From NCBI GenBank assembly GCA_965235115.1, contig OZ249440.1:25110001-25174000 (forward strand): 64,000 nucleotides of DNA, written 5' to 3'. The position numbers were made by a program, and so were the translations under genes. The notes under the pieces are model-generated. The model did not search any database. It worked only from the letters and a program-made list of their open reading frames with translations, and was not told the DNA's origin. The stretch's first letter is position 1. Each line of letters starts with the position of its first letter. Shown here in pieces: positions 58,301 to 64,000 of this stretch. This DNA comes from Laetmonice hystrix. Its lineage: Eukaryota.

Positions 58301-60843
58301 GAGTTTACAAATGTGTTTTCGTGAAATTTTAGGCTGAATTATTTTGATGAGGTAATGCTAATCTTGACTTGTCAGAGAGAAATGATGTCGAATGCCTGTT
58401 TTATGTCGAATTAAATAAACATTGCAAACTTTCCAGAGGTGTACACACGTGTAGAAGGTAGAAATAGCTATGAATAATCAATGGTTTAGGCTATTGATGT
58501 TTTTGTATCAATTATTAAAGTGTCCAATGACCGTATGAAAAACATCCACAAGTTTGGGATCATTTGGAGCGGCGGTAGACAGGTAAATGATTGATTAGCG
58601 TCTCCTAGTTCAGGTGATTGATTATAACTTAGAGGATACAGGTGTGTATGTGAGAAACAGCTGCCTGAAGCCAGGGTCCCAGTAACTAGTGCACACTCCT
58701 GATCTGTTTTTTTTCCAAAGTTAAGTTTAGAGTTAAAAGGTAAGAACTTTGGGTTCGTAAAGTCAGGCTTTGTAGAACCTTGGTGAGGTATTGACAAGTC
58801 TGGACTGTGAGGACAGCTGAACTAGTGCTCAGTCGGTGACGGTCTTATGGGAAGAGAACTGTGGCAGATTGGAGACTGCATACCTGAACACATAGTCAAC
58901 ATCTGTTAGTAAAAAAAAAGTGGCCAAAAATGCGTGTACATCTGAGAGATAGCAACTGTCGGGAATATTTGCTAAGATTTCTTAGTATCAGTTGCAAAGG
59001 GCAGTGGAGAACGTGTCTATATAGTAAAGTTGTAGATCTGGATTTTGATCAGGGTTGGCTGCCAGCAGAAAGAACTGATGAAATCTTTGGTGTAGAATGT
59101 AGACAATATTAGAGAACGTATGCTCACTGTGAACTGTATGAGAGAGCAGGGTTGACACCTTTCTCTCCAGGGTCTCTGAGTCACCGGGCAGGGACCTCCA
59201 GCCGGGAGACATCCGGCCAGAGGTCATCAAGCAGAACCGTCTATAGGCGGAGAGGTCAAACTGCAGACCTCTCTTATCGTACTCACAACATTCCGGGAAA
59301 CTCCGGGAAGAAATGGTCTCCTGCATCGTCCTGGCACAAAGGGGAAAACAGAACTAAATCTTGGACAGTATTTCGTTTGTGGTGATATTTAGGACGTAAA
59401 TTAAAATATCGTTAATTGAGATACGATAATCATAAAACCTGGTCAGGAACAGGCCATGATAATGTTACGGTTTGGAGGCCGACTTTGTGTATTTCGGTAT
59501 TTCACCGTGCTCCTAACATGTTTCCATTAATTTGAGACCTTTTTTTTTTCAAACAAGTAAAAAAAGTTGAAACATTTGCTTTGAGAGATGATAATTAGTA
59601 ATAATTACCGTAATCTGTAATTGTGATAATCCTGATTAGCTCTGTTCCCACTGCTGTAGTCGGATAAAATTAATTATAGCAGTAGGACTTTTAGCTGATC
59701 ATCGGATTGTTGACGTTTTGCCATTTACTATCAGTTACATGAAGATGTATTTATGAAACTAACGATTGCGAATTACATTAAAATAAGGGATTTGTCGAAG
59801 GGATGAAAGGTTACAAAACGGATAAAATTTTCTCCCCGCGAATTATGGCTATATGGTAGTCACTCAGAAAACTTTAATCTACTTAATGGGCAAGTGGCTT
59901 GGCGTTCGATTATAGTTCAATTATCACCAAAACAAATGACTTCATTGATTTCCCTTCAAGTTGGTGTTGGCCGATGCCTTACTAAACTTATCATTTCTTG
60001 ATCTTGGAGAGCTCTGTTCAAAAGCAACGTCATGCTGAATTAAGTACCCCCCCTCGCAATATCAGGCAATAGGACGTAATATTTGCCCCCCCCCCCCATC
60101 TATACTTCTGGAGACTGTTGTCGCCGGTGGGTAGGCGGTCAGTCCTGTATGGAGCTCAGGTCGAACTGACCACTAAGTATGTGTGTGCGAGTATGTATGT
60201 GTGTGAGTATGTATACATGTGTCAGCTGGGCCACTCCATATGTCACTGCAGACCATGCCCCCCCCCCCCTGCCTCCATCCCCCAGTTAGTTGTATTGATC
60301 ATGATATTACTCGGCCTCAGTGCTGTTTGCTGGCCCGTTTTTCTCCGACTGTACACGATGCGGTGGTGAGGTAGCGGTGACGCAGTGAACGCAGTGCTGG
60401 CGGATTTTTTCCTCACACCAGTACACACTCTAGGGTCCGGTTAGTGTAGTTCTGGTTACATTCGGCCTGAGATCTGGAAGTTCAAACGGTTACTGGTCCT
60501 GTCGTGAACGTTTGACGCATACAGGAGTTGGAACACGACGCAGGGTTGGCACGTGACACCCGTGGGTACATGTTAAAGGTAGACTAGAAATTAGTCGGAG
60601 GCAAAATTTCTTTTTAACGTACAGCATGGCTTACTTTTGCCACAGAGCCTTCGGCAAATTGCGGTTTTAATATGTGACCATATAGTGTCAAAGGACTCGC
60701 AAAATTTGCAGCTCTGATTTGTATCCTGGTCACCATTTGTGATAAATCTGTAATTAGTTTACAAGTGTTGCATTCTCTAGAGAAACGGAGCCGCTCAGCA
60801 TTGATTTGTCTGGCCAGAGGAATGTAGGCTATGATTTACCCTT

Positions 60844-61560
60844 GCTTTACCAGAGGCATGCATGGTGGGGTCTGGCTTTACCAGAGGCATGCATGGTGGG
60901 GTCTGGCTTTACCAGAGGCATGCACGGTGGGGTCTGGCTTTACCAGAGGCATGCACGGTGGGGTCCGGCTTTACCAGAGGCATGCGCGGTGGGGTCTGGC
61001 TTTACCAGAGGCATGCGCGGTGGGGTCTGGCTTTACCAGAGGCATGCGCGGTGGGGTCTGGCTTTACCAGAGGCATGCACGGTGGGGTCTGGCTTTACCA
61101 GAGGCATGCACGGTGGGGTCTGGCTTTACCAGAGGCATGCACGATGGGGTCTGGCTTTACCAGAGGCATGCACGGTGGGGTCTGGCTTTACCAGAGGCAT
61201 GCACGGTGGGGTCTGGCTTTACCAGAGGCATGCACGGTGGGGTCTGGCTTTACCAGAGGCATGCACGGTGGGGTCTGGCTTTACCAGAGGCATGCATGAT
61301 GGGGTCTGGCTTTACCAGAGGCATGCACGTTGGGGTCTGGCTTTACCAGAGGCATGCACGGTGGGGTCTGGCTTTACCAGAGGCATGCACGGTGGGGTCT
61401 GGCTTTACCAGAGGCATGCACGGTGGGGTCTGGCTTTACCAGAGGCATGCACGGTGGGGTCTGGCTTTACCAGAGGCATGCATGATGGGGTCTGGCTTTA
61501 CCAGAGGCATGCACGGTGGGGTCTGGCTTTACCAGAGGCATGCATGGTGGGGTCTGGCGT
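60844..61560. repeat. 31-bp minisatellite, about 23 copies
   Basis: gctttaccagaggcatgcacggtggggtctg repeated. Confidence 0.97.
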
Positions 61561-61925
61561 TTTAACAATAAGAGAGGCAATGTATTTCTAGGGTCTGGCT
61601 TTAAAAGAGGCATGTATAGTTAGGACTGTATGGTCTCTCACCAGAAGGCCTTCCCATGGTAGTTTTCAGCGGGACCCGGTATGACTATGATAATTGACTG
61701 TGACCTTGGCCAGGTCACCGGCTGACCCTGACCTTACCGTCTGCCAGTTGTGAGGTGCTGCCTCCCATAATGTTATTATGAGAGGTCATGGTGATGGCTG
61801 ACCACTGGTCATCCGTCATACTCCGTCTGTCCAGCTGGCTACCCTGATAAACGTGCATCATCAGACAAAGTGGATAAACCACTAACACTGACGGTCTGCG
61901 GGCTCTAGAAGATGATGCCAGCTGT

Positions 61926-61939
61926 GTTGTCATGGCAAC
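61926..61939 (+). promoter_or_regulatory. RFX X-box (near-perfect palindrome)
   Basis: GTTGTCATGGCAAC. Confidence 0.55.
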
Positions 61940-62107
61940 ACGCAGCAAGAGTTTATATGCGGCAGTTCGAAAGAGTTCTTTTTAAAGTCGCACAAAGATA
62001 TCATGAATTATGATCAATACGTTTGTATATTGAGGCCTGAATTAATAGTTTCTGCGGGCGTAACCAAAGGAATGGTCGGCTTGAGTGTACAGGACGGGTG
62101 ATTGGTT

Positions 62108-63031
62108 ATGTGGGATTGCTGTGTGATGTGGGATTGCTGTGTGATGTGGGATGGCTGTGTGATGTGGGATTGCTGTGTGATGTGGGATTGCTGTGTGATG
62201 TGGGATGGCTGTGTGATGTGGGATGGCTGTGTGATGTGGGATGGCTGTGTGATGTGGGATGGCTGTGTGATGTGGGATTGCTGTGTGATGTGGGATGGCT
62301 GTGTGATGTGGGATGGCTGTGTGATGTGGGATGGCTGTGTGATGTGGGATGGCTGTGTGATGTGGGATGGCTGTGTGATGTGGGATGGCTGTGTGATGTG
62401 GGATGGCTGTGTGATGTGGGATTGCTGTGTGATGTGGGATGGCTGTGTGATGTGGGATGGCTGTGTGATGTGGGATGGCTGTGTGATGTGGGATTGCTGT
62501 GTGATGTGGGATGGCTGTGTGATGTGGGATGGCTGTGTGATGTGGGATGGCTGTGTGATGTGGGATGGCTGTGTGATGTGGGATGGCTGTGTGATGTGGC
62601 ATGGCTGTGTGATGTGGGATTGCTGTGTGATGTGGGATTGCTGTGTGATGTGGGATTGCTGTGTGATGTGGGATTGCTGTGTGATGTGGGATGGCTGTGT
62701 GATGTGGGATTGCTGTGTGATGTGGGATTGCTGTGTGATGTGGGATTGCTGTGTGATGTGGGATTGCTGTGTGATGTGGGATGGCTGTGTGATGTGGGAT
62801 TGCTGTGTGATGTGGGATTGCTGTGTGATGTGGGATTGCTGTGTGATGTGGGATGGCTGTGTGATGTGGGATTGCTGTGTGATGTGGGATGGCTGTGTGA
62901 TGTGGGATGGCTGTGTGATGTGGGATGGCTGAGTGATGTGGGATTGCTGTGTGATGTGGGATGGCTGTGTGATGTGGGATTGCTGTGTGATGTGGGATTG
63001 CTGTGTGATGTGGGATTGCTGTGTGATGTGG
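62108..63031. repeat. 18-bp minisatellite, about 51 copies, with two interspersed variants
   Basis: tgtgatgtgggat(g/t)gctg repeated. Confidence 0.97.
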
Positions 63032-63545
63032 TACACTTGAGGACATACGGTTGGACCTGACTGGGCCATGTGGCAGGAGTCAGCTGACGGTTAACTGGAC
63101 CATGAGAGGCTGGCTGACCTAAAACACCAATCCATCACTATTTTATCAACTTCGTCTCAACACTCCCACTCAATCAGGGGGGAAACATTCCAATATCGGG
63201 TGCTAAATCCGCCTGGCTACGATTGACTATATTTGTAAGTTTACTCCCATAAATGGGCCTAGTGTATGAGTGTAGTTCGCCCGTTCGAAGCGTACCACAG
63301 ACTGAGGGTAGTGACTGATGGGCGGGGATTGGGATCAATATAGATGAAACCAAGGGGCCAGTAATGGTGGCAGTAGGATCAGCTCCCTGGCCCGGTCTGA
63401 CTGGATCATGGCGGTCTGTTGTTCCTGGAGGGTACAATCAGATGGAGGAGTGGGCGGGGTCAACCCCCCCCCCCACCCCCACCACCACCACCGGATCTGA
63501 CCCGAGCCCCCTGTCAGTCCCCTGCTGACTCCCTAACCAACAGTT

Positions 63546-63660
63546 TGTTATCGGGCACTAGGATGGTAGTGTCAGACATCTGCTGTTATCGGGCACTAGG
63601 ATGGTTGTGTCAGACATCTGCTGTTATCGAGCACTAGGATGGTAGTGTCAGACATCTGCT
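63546..63660. repeat. 38-bp tandem repeat x3
   Basis: tgttatcgggcactaggatggtagtgtcagacatctgc repeated. Confidence 0.9.
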
Positions 63661-63747
63661 GAGATTTGATAAGGTTTTAATAATATCGACATTTCTGGGC
63701 GTTCAGTGATCACCACACTCGGCTAAGTAACAGCTCATGTGAAAAGC

Positions 63748-63925
63748 CTGCTCCTGCTCCTGTTTGCTTCTGCTGCTGCTGCTCCAGCTCTTGCTGCTGC
63801 TGCTGCTGCTGTTTGCTGTTCCTGCTGCTGTTGCTGCTGCTGCTGTTTGCTGTTCCTGCTGCTGTTCGCTGCTCCTGCTGCTGTTTGTTGCTCCTGCTGC
63901 TAACTGCTCCAGCTGCAGCTACTGC
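63748..63925. repeat. Imperfect CTG-rich microsatellite
   Basis: (ctg)n interrupted by gtttg/ttcctg. Confidence 0.85.
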
Positions 63926-64000
63926 AGTGTGCAGTGTGATACACAGGGCTCCCCCGTCATGCGAGGCTTCCGGTCATTCAGACCGTTTTCTAACAACGCT

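Noticed and set aside
60118-60369. Hydrophobic ORF (LVVLIMILLGLSAVCW) suggesting a transmembrane exon
   Set aside because: Short, low-complexity context, no convincing in-frame donor.
60806-61591. ORFs of 145-261 aa
   Set aside because: Translations of a 31-bp minisatellite; the unit is not a multiple of 3 and cycles through frames.
62014-63069. Long ORFs in several frames (HITQPS, PHHTAI, LCDVGW, CVMWDG repeats)
   Set aside because: Artefacts of an 18-bp minisatellite that lacks stop codons in these frames.
63748-63925. Minus-strand poly-Gln/Ala coding possibility
   Set aside because: Simple CTG/CAG microsatellite with no supporting ORF or splice signals.
1-64000. tRNA, rRNA or other structured RNA genes
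   Set aside because: None recognisable by eye; a covariance-model search (tRNAscan-SE, Infernal) would be needed to exclude small ncRNAs.

Overview
Animal (invertebrate-looking, repeat-rich, scaffolded) genomic DNA; no prokaryotic features. The window is dominated by one very large + strand TACC-family (transforming acidic coiled-coil) locus. I reconstructed a phase-consistent constant exon chain by hand from GT-AG signals: 39962-40059 (phase 0/2), 41234-43921 (2/2), optional 12-nt microexons at 44173 and 47323 (2/2), 47931-48000 (2/0) and 48477-48792 (0/1). It encodes the TACC 'SDP-repeat' motif (PKGSYQFDFDSFDENTNPF...DFDPFK), followed by a basic NLS-like segment and an acidic segment. The C-terminal TACC coiled coil is not seen and presumably lies right of the window. 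Upstream sits an array of giant, intronless, low-complexity ORFs that each begin Met-Gly (4474: 4351 aa MGNQYGK; 19510: MGQEGSK; 25269: MGNVEGG) plus a tiny candidate first exon (32532). The 25269 exon carries its own SDP motif copy and ends in a phase-0 donor compatible with the constant exon at 39962. The introns hold many unrelated minisatellites, non-autonomous DNA transposons (Harbinger-, hAT-, Ginger-like) and a decayed CR1/L2-type LINE. Five RFX X-box-like sites lie outside the called exons and a sixth lies inside the 19510 ORF. Splice joins for the 4474 and 19510 ORFs cannot be fixed from sequence alone.
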